Made by a program: the position numbers and the translations under genes
Source: Octopus sinensis
Taxonomy: Eukaryota
Direction of reading: 5' to 3'
DNA: 64,000 nt
Assembly (NCBI RefSeq): GCF_006345805.1
Contig: NC_043024.1
Location: 930,001-994,000, forward strand
Shown here: positions 1 to 10,990 of the stretch, piece after piece
How the letters are laid out: each line of letters starts with the position of its first letter
Position numbering within the stretch: position 1 is the first letter of the stretch
The notes under the pieces: model-generated
What the model saw: only the letters and a program-made list of their open reading frames with translations
What the model was told of the DNA's origin: nothing
The model's database searches: none

Positions 1-216
1 GCGAAAAAATGCATTAAAAATGGAAAAAAATGATGGTAAATTATTTTTAAATCGTAGACTCATCGTAGATACGTGCTAATACCCAGAAGGGCTCGATATG
101 AATCACGACTATAAGATACCCGGTTTTGGTTAAACTGCACCGCAAAATGTGGGAGTAGTTAGGAATCTAAATCGTAGGAGACAGACAGCACACAACCTTA
201 CTTTTATATATAAAGA
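1..216 (-). mobile_element. Non-autonomous Helitron-like element, cut by the window edge
   Basis: Near-identical to about 18500-18713 of the complete copy; ends in ...TTTTATATATAAAGA|T, which is the 5'-TC terminus on the minus strand. Confidence 0.75.
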
Positions 217-676
217 TATCAAATCAGACTGGGTAAAAGGGTTTTCCTGCTTGGGTGGCAACTGTCGTTACCTCTTTGCTGACCCCTAGAAAGTATGAAG
301 GGATCGCTAAGATTTCCTTTAAACTTTGCTTTTGGTACATTTATTCCATAATTCTAACAATGAACAGATTGAAAATGGTGTTCTTATGTTTGTGTTGGAC
401 CAGTAAATTAAATCGGTTTATCTACAACTTAACGACGACAAAATCAACGTTATTCTCAAGAAAATGGGGATAACGATGATTTCTTAATTAGATAAAGAGA
501 ATAAAATGCTTTAAAAGCTTTACTAATTAGAAGTCAAGGTTGAAGTATTCCATTTCCTTTTTGATCGTTGCCACCTCGTAACTAATTAATTACATAACCA
601 GAATTAGAAGATGTTGCTGGGTGGTCATGCTTGGAAGGAGCAGAGAGAAATAAACAGAGTAAAAGTTCTCAATTAC

Positions 677-727
677 ATGATTGGGCCATCCTCTCCAACA
701 GTCTTCAGTGTGCCACACCCAATGTTT
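677..727 (-). CDS. CERS: Ceramide synthase internal exon, 51 nt, phase 0-0: KHWVWHTEDCWRGWPNH
   Basis: Acceptor ...ttttttcttttttttttttcag|AAA and donor CAT|gtaatt. The frame is open and matches the CerS/TLC segment KPWxWxTxxCWxxYPxQ; the phase fits the upstream exon. Confidence 0.92.
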
Positions 728-769
728 CTGAAAAAAAAAAAAGAAAAAACAAAATAAAAATTAATTAGA

Positions 770-789
770 TGGAAACTGAAAGAAGCCCA

Positions 790-821
<32 letters not shown>

Positions 822-1025
822 TATGTATATATATATGCATATATCCATGTGTGTTAGTATGTTTGTGTCTGTTTGTCCCCTACCACTGCTTGACATCTGG
901 TGTTGGTGTATTTATGTCCCCATAACTTAGTGGTTTGGTACTGGGGTCGATACATTTGACTAAAAATTCTTCAAGGCAGTGCCCCAGCATGACCGGTCTA
1001 ATGACTGAAACACGCAAAAGAGTAA
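770..1025 (+). mobile_element. SINE family A, 3' portion
   Basis: GGAAACTGAAAGAAGCCC, internal CA/TA tract, then the body and tail ...CCAGCATG...ATGACTGAAACA shared with dozens of copies. Confidence 0.8.
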
Positions 1026-1188
1026 AACAGAAATATAATGAACACACACACAGAAAGGTAAAAAGATTTCTTATCAATAGGGAAACAGGCATCCACTCAT
1101 CTGACCCCTAACTTTTCACACAAACCTGACAACACTTCCCTCAGCAACAAGTGCAAGGAAAGACGGTCCCAACTGTATAATCATCATT

Positions 1189-1419
1189 TTAACCCTTTCA
1201 TTACTGTATTTATTTAGAGATGCTCTGTGTTTCTTTCAATTACTTTAAATATAACAAAGAATTTACTAAAATAACTCAGTTATCATCATTCAGCTAGTGT
1301 TAGGAACATAAATTGTGACTAACGTTTGGTGGAAGATTTTAATTCAACACTTATGAAAACAAAACATTTGTACTCAGAGCCAGAGCCGGTTTCAGCCGGG
1401 TTGGTAACGAAAGAGTTAA
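1189..1419 (+). mobile_element. piggyBac-like MITE, family 1
   Basis: TTAA|CCCTTTCATTAC...GTAACGAAAGAG|TTAA; TTAA at both ends with CCCTTT-type TIRs; further copies at 24574-24800 and about 20630-20800. Confidence 0.75.
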
Positions 1420-1984
1420 TGGCCACTGTCTCATTCCATCACAAGTTATACAGAATTGTCTTGTCTTGAGACAGCATCCACCCGGGGTGGGTTGAGCTGG
1501 CTTCATTCATCCTCAAGGCTGCATCTCTCACAAATGCCGACCAGGCTTGGCGATTTGAGGCTAATGACCGCGTGATCTCCAACCACTCCTTATTCCAGCG
1601 GCGAATGCCATAGACAAGGGGGCCTTGAAAAATTTTTAGTCAAATGTATCAGCCCCAGTACCAAACCACTCTAAGTTATGGGGACGTAAACACACCAACA
1701 CCAGAATTGGTTGAGGCAGATGCCCTTCCTGTTTCTATGTAGGGTAATATTTTCCCTACAACTAGATGTGAAAGGTTGAAAACAAACCAGCTTTCATGAA
1801 AACCACTTGTATGACAGTGATGCTCGTTTACAACCTCCATGTGATGTTTAGATGAGGGTAACACTCAAATGTGCACCTATGTATATGCACAAACATTGAT
1901 GCACGCAAATGCGACAGACCTGTTACCTTCATAGTTCCAAATATTAATAACACTGTGTAATACAGTTTTTGTCTTTAGATATCA

Positions 1985-2245
1985 ACTGTTATTTCGTCTT
2001 TGCTTACCCCCTAGAAAGTATGAAGAAGGGCTAATATTTCCTTAAAACTTTGCTTTTGTTACATTTATTCAAACCCCAAAGAATCCCTCTAAATACATGG
2101 TTATGATGCTCCCCCTCTACTCCTCTTCATGATCAGAGATGCACATATTGTCAGCCACTAAGGGACATGCTCAAGTGGTTAATGTCAAGCAAGTGACAAA
2201 CAAGTCTGTGGTATTGAGCAGAACATTTGCTATAACGATATTTCT
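1985..2245 (-). repeat. Fragment of interspersed repeat family D
   Basis: Reverse complement of parts of 46075-46675 and of 59055-59310; a related fragment lies at about 260-350. Confidence 0.75.
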
Positions 2246-2644
2246 GCTTCAGCCACTCTGTACTGAATCTGTGTGAAATGTAATGGAGAATTGTTCAGTT
2301 TCAAAACATTGATGTCCAGGTCAAAAAAAGCAAAGTTTGAAGGAAACAGTAATCTTTTCCTTCGCTTTCTAGAGAGAAGCAAATAGGAAATAACACTTAC
2401 TGACCAAAGACTAAAAAAAAAAATAAATAAATAAAATTTTTTTTAAATTACACAATTAAAAAATTAATTCTCCATCTTGTCTGCAAAAGCAATACCAGGG
2501 GAGATTGTCAGCTTATTATCCTAAAGTCAGAGAGGTGGGTTTCAGGTTTTACAACATACACCCTCATCTAGGTAACCTAACCTAGGTTGATTAGCTAATG
2601 ACCCCACCCACCAATCAGTTCTTATCAGCCAGGGCCATCTAGAT

Positions 2645-2895
2645 TAGTGGTTCTCAAGTGGGGTCCACATGGCCCTTGGCAGGGGTCCACAGAGGATTCC
2701 ATTGTTAAAATTTATGTCCAATAAATTGGTCATACTTCTACAATACACGAAAATATTATTTTAACAATTTTTTTTTTCATACAATTCCTAATAATATTTA
2801 ATTATAAACAAATATAAGGGAACTTTTTTTAAACATTGAATGGCTATGAGGGACCATCTGATTAAAACAGGAACCAAAGGGGTCCATTGGTAAAA
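2645..2895 (+). mobile_element. hAT-type MITE, right end lost in the microsatellite
   Basis: TAGTGGTTCTCAA terminus preceded by TCTAGA; GGGGTCC subterminal motifs shared with about 4330-4480 and 25495-26227. Confidence 0.6.
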
Positions 2896-2896
2896 C

Positions 2897-2974
2897 TCAT
2901 AATAATAATAATAATGATAATAATACTAATAATAATAGTAATAATAATAATACTAATACTACTACTACTACTAC

Positions 2975-3005
<31 letters not shown>

Positions 3006-3048
3006 GATACTAATACTAATAATAATAATAATAAATAACGAATGAATG
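2897..3048. repeat. Compound (AAT)n/(ACT)n microsatellite
   Basis: Read directly; explains the poly-Ile ORF 2862..3134. Confidence 0.95.
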
Positions 3049-3489
3049 AGAATGGCTAAGCTGCAAAAGTCGGATTTGGTGTTTGTAGCCAGAGATTTCA
3101 GGGACACCTGCTTCCTATGTTTCAATGACGTCATTCACAGCTCAAGGCCTTTTTAAGGAATGTCTTCTGGGAGCAGAAAATTCTTCTCCTCGAGGAACAA
3201 ATTCCTTAGCAAAAGGTTTTCCTTTGCCCAACATAAATACGACTTTGCATGAACAGATTTTATTCAACACTGCTTCGCGTGACTTTGCATAATTCTAAAT
3301 GAAGTTAATATTCTTGGAGAGTTCATCACTGCTCCCAGTGTTAAAGGCTAACATTAGCTTAATGAGTTCATTAATGTTGATGACGTTTGATTAAAACTTC
3401 GAATCAAAAAAACGTCAAAGAAGCAGAATAGGAATCAAGCAGATACGGAGTTGTCTCCCCTCAATAATTCACAGCGTGGACTAATGTTT

Positions 3490-3667
3490 TTTTTACTTGT
3501 TTCAGTCATTTGACTGCGGCCATGCTGGAGCACCGCCTTTAATCGAGCAACTCGACCCCGGGACTTATTCTTTTGTAAGCCTAGTACTTATTCTATCGGT
3601 CTCTTTTGCCGAACCGCTAAGTAACGGTTGTCAAGCAATGCTAGGGGGACAAACACAGACAGGCACA

Positions 3668-3729
<62 letters not shown>

Positions 3730-3844
3730 CATATATATATATATATATACATATATACGACGGGCTTCTTTCAGTTTCCGTTTACCTAAACCCGGAGCAA
3801 TGTGGTTGGTAAGCAAGCTACTTCCCACACAGCCACTCCTGCGC
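3490..3844 (-). mobile_element. SINE family A (tRNA head, CORE-like domain, internal TA microsatellite), internally deleted
   Basis: Reverse complement of the consensus GCGCAGGAGTGGCTGTGTGG...ATGACTGAAACAAGTAAAA; large (TA)n expansion inside. Confidence 0.88.
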
Positions 3845-3903
3845 TATATATATTATATATAAAAATATATATATATTTTTAAAAAAAATTTTTTTTTTTT
3901 TGA

Positions 3904-4133
3904 GGGCGGCGAGTTGGCAGAATCGTTAGCACGCCAGGCGAAATGCCTAGTTATATTGTCTACCGTTACGCTCCGAGTTCAAATTCCAGCCGAGGTCGAC
4001 TTTGCCTTTCATCCTTTCGGGGTCGATTAAACATGTACCAGTTACGCACTGGGGTCAATGTAATCGACTTAATCTCTTTGTCTGTCCCCTCTATGTTTAG
4101 GCCCCTGTGGGCAATAAAGAAATAAATAAATTT
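3904..4133 (+). mobile_element. SINE family B (tRNA-like head plus GCCTTTCATCCTTTCGGGGTCGAT central domain)
   Basis: GGCGGCGAGTTGGCAGAA...GAGTTCAAATTCC A/B-box-like head; same body at 16017, 48795 and 62835. Confidence 0.88.
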
Positions 4134-4867
4134 TTTTCTCACTGCATAATTATTTCTAACTCGCTTTTAATATGACATTAAATAAATAAACACGAATTTA
4201 TCAATATTTCTTAACACAGATATTCAGCCTGACAGATCTTCGCCACCATCCTCTTTCTTTACCAACTGTGATAACCATGTACCACCCTTACAGCAAGACC
4301 CCTATTCCTATCCCTTTATCATACTTCAACCTGGTGGTTTTCAACAAGGGTCCATATGATCCTTAGGGGTCCACATAAGATTTTGTTGTTAAAATTTATG
4401 CACAATAAATTATTTACACTTTTACAGTCCAAGCAGAACACAAAACATTTAAACATCTTTTAAAAATACGATTTCTAATATCCAATCCCTAAACATTTAA
4501 ACTGGTCACATCCGACCCAAATATTTTACCTGTTTTATCTTCAAATTGGCCAGATCTGGCTTCTCCTATTTACCCTACAATGTTATTCTAAAAATAAACT
4601 ATCATCTCATTGAAATCTGGAAACTGTAAAGGTGATGATGAATCTAAATCTGTGTGTCTAAATAAACATCAGAAGCAAGGAAATGTTTCCCTGTGGCCAG
4701 ACATGTTTTGGCAGAACACTGGAAATGAAGGTCAACAATCATGAGATGTCAACACAACAAGACACAAAGACACACATGATGGGTTTTCATTCTCTGTCTA
4801 CCAAACCCAAGTACAGGGTTTTGGCTAGCCTGGGGCTTTAGTAGACACTTGAGATTATATATATAAG

Positions 4868-5138
4868 TAATTGCAGTGTAGAAGGTGTTTATAAGCCAAA
4901 AAACACAAAAACCATTAGATTCACTTCAACATTTAAATATAATTTGTCAAAATATTTTCGTCCCTTTGCAACTGCAACCTGCTCACTGACAAAATTCAGA
5001 TGCAGCACGAAATTTTGTCAGTGAGCAGGTTGCAGTTGCAAAGGGACGAAGATATTTTGACAAATTAAATTTAAATGTTGAAGTAAATCTAACGGTTTTT
5101 GTGTGTTTTAAATGGTTTATAAACATCTTCCACGCTGC

Positions 5139-5143
<5 letters not shown>
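4868..5143. mobile_element. Fold-back element (about 130-bp inverted arms, 14-nt loop) with a hammerhead-like fold in each arm
   Basis: 4868-4996 is the near-perfect reverse complement of 5011-5143; inserted in TA-rich sequence. Confidence 0.9.
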
Positions 5144-5187
<44 letters not shown>

Positions 5188-5190
<3 letters not shown>

Positions 5191-5545
5191 GCAAGACCCT
5201 GCCTCAGTAAAGCTGGACTCAAGAGTCATCTTCGTAGTCAAAAAGCGAGACAGATGAGTGACAACCTGGCCACTGGTGGTGGTGTAACACACCATACTAA
5301 TCATATCTGTCGGGCATGTAGAAGAGATTGTAATTCCGCAGGAAGACTTAAACGACATGCAAAGGTACATGAAGCCCAGTTACAACTACAGCCGGCTATT
5401 ACCAGTAAAGGTCTTAGTTGCCAATTCTGTACAAGACATTGTAGATCTTTAGCTGGGCTAAAAAGTCACATTCGATCACAGCACCAGTAACAGTTAAGCT
5501 TCGTGCAATGGTCATACTCAATAACGAGGGGGTCAGCCATAATAA
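5188..5545 (+). mobile_element. 3' end of a non-LTR retrotransposon (RTE/RTEX-like) with C-terminal C2H2 zinc fingers
   Basis: Open frame ...KAGLKSHLR...CRACRRDCNSAGRLKRHAKVH...CQFCTRHCRSLAGLKSHIRSQH* (stop at 5490), then a short 3' UTR ATGGTCATACTCAATAACGAGGGGGTCAGCC and a simple-repeat tail; 5' end truncated at a (TA)n tract. Clade assignment is inference. Confidence 0.7.
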
Positions 5546-5817
5546 TGTATGTATGTATGTATATATATATGTGTATATCTCACCATTAACTTTGCATGAG
5601 AAAAATACACTTTACTGAAGAGGCCTTAATAATAGCAAAACATGTCCCATGCTTTCACCAGTTTGTGTATATGTGAAGAGAATGTAAAGAAGCTGAATAT
5701 CGACAATATGGCAGCAGAAAGACAGACTGACAGACAGACAGACAGGAGGCAGACAGAAATGTATATAAAAGGTAAAGGACAACATGGAGGAGGCCAATGA
5801 AGTGAGTGTATACTTAC

Positions 5818-5875
5818 ATCCCATAAAATAATGATACCATATATGCATGCTGAAGTATAAAACAAAAGATGCCAA
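5818..5875 (-). CDS. CERS: Ceramide synthase internal exon, 58 nt, phase 2-0: (S)WHLLFYTSACIYGIIILWD
   Basis: Acceptor cttaatttttttatttttttgcag|T and donor GAT|gtaagt; completes KFREC-S-W, equivalent to the CerS KFRE(A/S)SWRFxFY motif. Confidence 0.93.
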
Positions 5876-6516
5876 CTGCAAAAAAATAAAAAAATTAAGT
5901 AAAAAAATTAAATAAATAAAAATGTAAGATGAGTAAAAACAAAAACAAAAAACAAAACAAAAAAATAAAAACAAAACAAAATGAAAAATAAAACAAAGGA
6001 AAAAATGTTAATGTCAGCTAATGTGATTGAAGGGAAGAATGCACTTGTCTGGCCCAGGAGGGGGATTTAAGGTCAGCATCATCCTTTCCAAGGCCCCTGT
6101 TTACAATTAAGGGGACTTAGAGAATGGATGAACTGTGCCTTATCATGGAATCAATTTACAGCCTGGCCCCTTAAGGTAACTTCTATCAAGAATTCAATAA
6201 ACCAGTCTTTTTTTTCTTTTAGTGAAGGGATGGGGCCTCGCAAGATTATGGTTTCGATTCCAGACCTTGGCAGTGCATGGTGTTCTTGAGCTAAACACTT
6301 CTGCTCTTGTGTTGTTCTGTGACCACTTTGATACCTGACATGATACACTGCGCACCTGAAACAGGTAAAGTCAATTTGATGGAGGGAGGAAGGTGCTGTG
6401 CGGTACAAACACTTGATCACTATAAACGAATCATTTATGCCAGGTTGGTCAGCAAGGAATTGCAGAATCATCTTTCTCAGACATGGGAGAGATGACCAAG
6501 AACACAAGTTGCACTA

Positions 6517-6680
6517 ATGAACTGTACCTCCCCATGTTACCTATTTACATTCGGTGGACAAGATACATTGATGAATTATACCTCTCTCTGTGGTACTTAT
6601 TTACAGAAGGTGCACTGGATATACTGATGAACTGTACCTAACCATGGTACCTATTTTCAGAAGGTGGACTGGAGACGCTG
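6517..6680. repeat. Degenerate tandem repeat, three units of about 55 bp
   Basis: Units start ATGAACTGTACCT / ATGAATTATACCT / ATGAACTGTACCT at 6517, 6571 and 6627. Confidence 0.75.
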
Positions 6681-7469
6681 GTGTAGAATAGGTGCAGGTG
6701 CGGCTGTGTGATATGAAGCTTGTTTCCCAACCACATGGATCCGGGTTCAGTTCTACTGCATGGCACCTTGGGCAAGTGTCTTCTACTTCAGGCTGACCAA
6801 AGCCTTGTAGAGTGAATTTGGTAGACAGAAACTGAGAGAAGCCTATCATATATGTGTGTGTCTTACCCCCTCCCCTGCTTAACAACTAGTGTTGGTGTGT
6901 TTACATCCCTCTAACTTAGCGGTTTGGCAAAAGAAACTAAAAGTTTTGTTCAACTAAAATCTTTCAAGGTGATGCCCCAGTATGGCCACAGTCAAATGAC
7001 TGAAACCAGATAGAGACATTAACAAACTGTGTCATATCAGAAGGCATACAGGGACCCACTTCACCAGCAAGTTCAGGAGAGAGTTGGGCTCCTCCTGAAC
7101 TACGAAGTCCACAACTGGATATAAACCCTCCACACCCTGGCAATAATTTCTAGCAAAGATGCAAAACCACAAATTTTGAGAAAGTGGGTTTGTCAATTTA
7201 ACCACCCCCAGTAAATGACTAATTCTAAAGACCCCCCCAGAACAATGAAAGGCAGAGCTGGCCTCTGTCAAAGAACAAATACCTCTATGTGTTTTGTTTG
7301 GCATTGGCTCTTGTCAAAGGGATAATAATAAAATAAAGATATTAAAAATTATTAAGCCAAATGGTAAATAGCACAGAAAATTTCATGATGAGAACAAGTG
7401 ACTGAGTCTATAGCACTATATCAATATCCATCTGTCTGTCTGTCTATATCTATATAGATATATATATAC

Positions 7470-7950
7470 ATATATAATATAAATAATATATAAATATATC
7501 CATATATACATACCTACATTTATATGCATGTATACATGCATATATGGGTACAGGACATAAAAAAAAACGTTGAACACAATGAGAAATGACAACATGAAAA
7601 CAAAAACATGGAAACGAACTTTTTTTCAAACAATGAAAAAACAGAGTACAAGACATACAACACGAGGAATATTCCCCTTCTTCAGTTGTCCCTGTTTCGT
7701 CTACTCCGTGTTTCAAAAACACGGAGTAGACGAAACAGGGACAACTGAAGAAGGGGAATATTCCTCGTGTTGTATGTCTTGTACTCTGTTTTTTCATTGT
7801 TTGAAAAAAAGTTCGTTTCCATGTTTTTGTTTCTCATTGAGTTCAACGATTTTTTTTGATGTCCTGTACCAATATATGCATGTATATATACATATAGATG
7901 TAGGTACGTACATATATGTATGTATATACGCATATATTTATATATTATTA
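7470..7950. repeat. Large fold-back palindrome with a 116-bp perfect core and 3-nt loop
   Basis: 7598-7713 is the exact reverse complement of 7717-7832 (loop CAA); imperfect symmetry extends into the flanking microsatellite; explains the mirror ORFs 7450..7797 and 7570..8028. Confidence 0.95.
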
Positions 7951-8024
7951 TATGATCGAACACCACGCATCCTTTTCCAAGTAAGTTTTTTTATATATAT
8001 ATATATATACATATATAGAAATAT

Positions 8025-8170
8025 ATAAAGATAGCTATGGCCAGTCTATGGGGGTTACCCTGGGTTCCAGGTCCATAAAGCGCTTAGCTTTATAGCATTT
8101 CTTCAGACCCTAAGCCCGTTGGCCTGTGAAACGCAGGGTAACCCCATAGATCGGCCATATCTATCTTTAT
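8025..8170. mobile_element. Small MITE-like element with about 38-bp terminal inverted repeats
   Basis: ATAAAGATAGCTATGGCCAGTCTATGGGGGTTACCCTG ... CAGGGTAACCCCATAGATCGGCCATATCTATCTTTAT. Confidence 0.7.
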
Positions 8171-8414
8171 CTATACACTCTACTGCACTGTATCTGAGAA
8201 GGGGCTTCTTTTTCAGATTTATGATTCACTGACAATATATATATATATATAGGCGCAAGAGTGGCTGTGTGGTAAGAAGCTTGCTTCCCAACCACATGAT
8301 TCCAGGTTCAGTTCCATTGCATGACACCATGGGCAAGTATCTTCTACTATTGCCTTGGGCTGACCAAAACCTTGGGAGTGGATCTGGTAGACAGAAACTG
8401 AAAGAATCCCATTG

Positions 8415-8444
<30 letters not shown>

Positions 8445-8449
<5 letters not shown>

Positions 8450-8652
8450 CGTGGCCGATGCCCAGACTCCCCTGGCACCTGTGCCGGTGGCATGTAAAAA
8501 GCACCCACTACACTCGCGTTAGGAAGAGCATCCAGCTGTAGAAACACTGCCAGATCAGACTGGAGCCTGGTGCAGCCCCTGGCTTCCCAGACCCTGGTCG
8601 AACCGTCCAACCCGTGCTAGCGCAGAAAACGGACGTTAAACGATGATGATGA
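8445..8652 (+). mobile_element. RTE-type LINE/SINE 3' tail ending in (GAT)n
   Basis: GGCATGTAAAAAGCACCCACTACAC...GGACGTTAAACGATGATGATG; many related copies in the window. Confidence 0.8.
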
Positions 8653-8950
8653 TATATATATATATATATGAGAAGAAAATGGATATAATAACAATGGGAA
8701 ACTCATGGTTTATGCCAGTATGTCTATAATTAAATCGGTAACAAAGAAGGAAGAAGCAGAGATGAGGGTGGCATTTACGATTATTTCGATTTACTGGAGT
8801 AAGTAAATCTCTTCAGAATGCGAGTATGGATAGATGCATCGGTTAGGATGCGAGAAGGATTGATGCATTTGTGATGGTAATGTAAACAAATTGGCAATTC
8901 TTAGATTGAAATTTTGTTGTTGCACTGGTAAATTTGGTGGGTAGAAGAAG

Positions 8951-9081
8951 AAGTGTCTGGAACAAAACAGGGACCTATACACAATGTTTGTAGACTTAAC
9001 CAAGGCCTTTGACACTGTCAGTCATGAGGGGCTTTGGAAGATCACAAGAAAGTTTGGCTGCCCAGAATAAATTCATCAGTA
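8951..9081 (+). mobile_element. RTE (BovB-like) reverse-transcriptase fragment
   Basis: Translates KCLEQNRDLYTMFVDLTKAFDTVSHEGLWKITRKFGCPE, then a 1-nt insertion before KFISM; DLxKAFD RT motif in an RTE-typical context. Confidence 0.9.
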
Positions 9082-10619
9082 TGCATACATGTGTGTGTGT
9101 GTGTGCATACATCCACACATATATACACAGTTCTCACATGGTGTGTGTGCATCTCTCTCTATGTATGTATATATATATTTATATATCACTGTATTGATTA
9201 TGCAATCAGACGCTGCTACACACCATTGGTCACAAAGCACATCCAATTCTTTCTTGATTGCCCCCTTCTTTCCCTTCTTGACTCAAATTGTTAAACTAAA
9301 TCCTCTCCCCATTGTCCAGTAGCCCTTCCCATGTAGCAGCCTTTTCTGATCACTTGGATACAACTCGCAAGATTAATGCCCCATGCACAGCATTATTGTC
9401 CAGTCTACTTTTAATAAAGTGGTATGGTCACTTTTGTAATTAGCCAGGTTATTGATTATAACGATATATGGAGCAAATGATGAGAAAACTGTTTGATGAA
9501 CGCAAAATGCAGTCTATGTTTGATCTGCATAAATACAATGCAATAAAGTGTTCCTCCTCACGAACTGTGCTTGGGACACCCACTGCAGAGGATGCTGATA
9601 ACCACAATGGTGAAACGGGTGTAGGGAACAAGTGGCTGTGCAGTAAGGAGCTTGCTTCCCAACCACACAGTTTCAGGCACCTTGGGCTGACCAAAGCATT
9701 ATGAGTGGATTTGGTAGATGAGTGGATATGTGCATGTGTGTTTGTTCTTATTACCACTTGACAACCAGTGCTGGTGTGTTTACATCCCTATAACTTAGTG
9801 GTTCAGCAGAAGAGATCAATAGAATAAGTACTAGGCTTAAAAAAAGAAGAAAAGTACTGGTGTCGATTCATTCGACAAAGTCTTCTTCAAGGTGGTGCCC
9901 CAGCATGGCCAGTCTAATAACTGAAATAAGTAGAAGATAAAAGACGTGTGTGTGTGTGCAGGGGGTGCAGTGCACAATGACTCCGGATGGAAAATTTTCG
10001 TTTTAGTTTTTTTTACTATGGATGGCCACGGTTTTTAGCTTTTGTGTAAAGGGGAGATTTTGATGAAGCAGACATTAAAACTGAAAGGATTACAAAAGAT
10101 CTGCAAGAATTTCACTCTTCCATTACCATATTTCTGCCGAAATGTGCTTCCTCTGTTTCAATTAATGTTCAGAATGATTAAGAATTTAATAAAATGATTT
10201 TGTCATTATTAAGCTGGGGCTTGGAATCGAAATTAGCCTGAAATTTTGATGGGAGATTTATATTTAGACCACTTTACATCAGGATGTTTGCATCCTGGAA
10301 CCAGGATCAGTCTCAGGCCGGTTGGCAACGAAAGGGATAAGAGAAACAAGAAAAGCAGGATTCGTTGGATGGGTAAGGTTATCTTGTATGAAAATAGGGA
10401 CTAAAATAAGTTGGACCTTCGAAGCCGTTCACTGCTTGTAAAAAAAACATTTTTACTGTATTTTTATAATTAGACATTATCAAGAATTGTATGAAAAAAA
10501 TTATATTCTGTGTGATGTTAGAAGTGTAAGCGATTTATGAAAGAAATTTTAACAATAAAATATTATGTGGATCCCAAAGACCAGATGGACCCCGGTTGAG
10601 AAGCAGAGCCCTATTAGAA

Positions 10620-10699
10620 TGGAGAGACTAGAGAGAGAGAGAGAGACTGAAGAGAGGAGAGAGAGACTAGAGAGAGACTGAAGAGAGGAGAGAGAGACT

Positions 10700-10742
<43 letters not shown>

Positions 10743-10860
10743 TGAGAGAGACTTGAGAGAGAAAGAGGCTCAAGAGAGAGAGAGACTTGAGAGAGAGTGA
10801 GAGAGACTCAAGAAAGAAAAAGAGAGACTCAAGAGTAAGAGAGTAAGAAAATGAGAGTGA
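10620..10860. repeat. (GA)n polypurine tract with GACT/GACTC interruptions
   Basis: Read directly; (CT)n on the CerS sense strand just downstream of the 10884 donor. Confidence 0.95.
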
Positions 10861-10883
10861 AAAGGGCGAGTTACTTCCCCTAC

Positions 10884-10990
10884 CTGCATTCTCGAAACTT
10901 TAACATTGTACTTGGTGCATCTTGTAGTCTCCGCATCCTCATCCATTTTTTTATATGTTGACTGTTCATAGATGTTTCTTTGATGAGATG
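10884..10990 (-). CDS. CERS: Ceramide synthase internal exon, 107 nt, phase 0-2: HLIKETSMNSQHIKKWMRMRRLQDAPSTMLKFREC (end of the homeobox-like domain)
   Basis: Long pyrimidine tract ttctctttctttctttctctttccttcacggcag|CAT and donor CAG|gtaggg; aligns to the CerS2-type pattern [34 protein letters not shown]. Confidence 0.92.

Noticed and set aside
3124-3135. Perfect CRE palindrome AATGACGTCATT
   Set aside because: A single short motif is expected by chance in 64 kb, with no supporting context.
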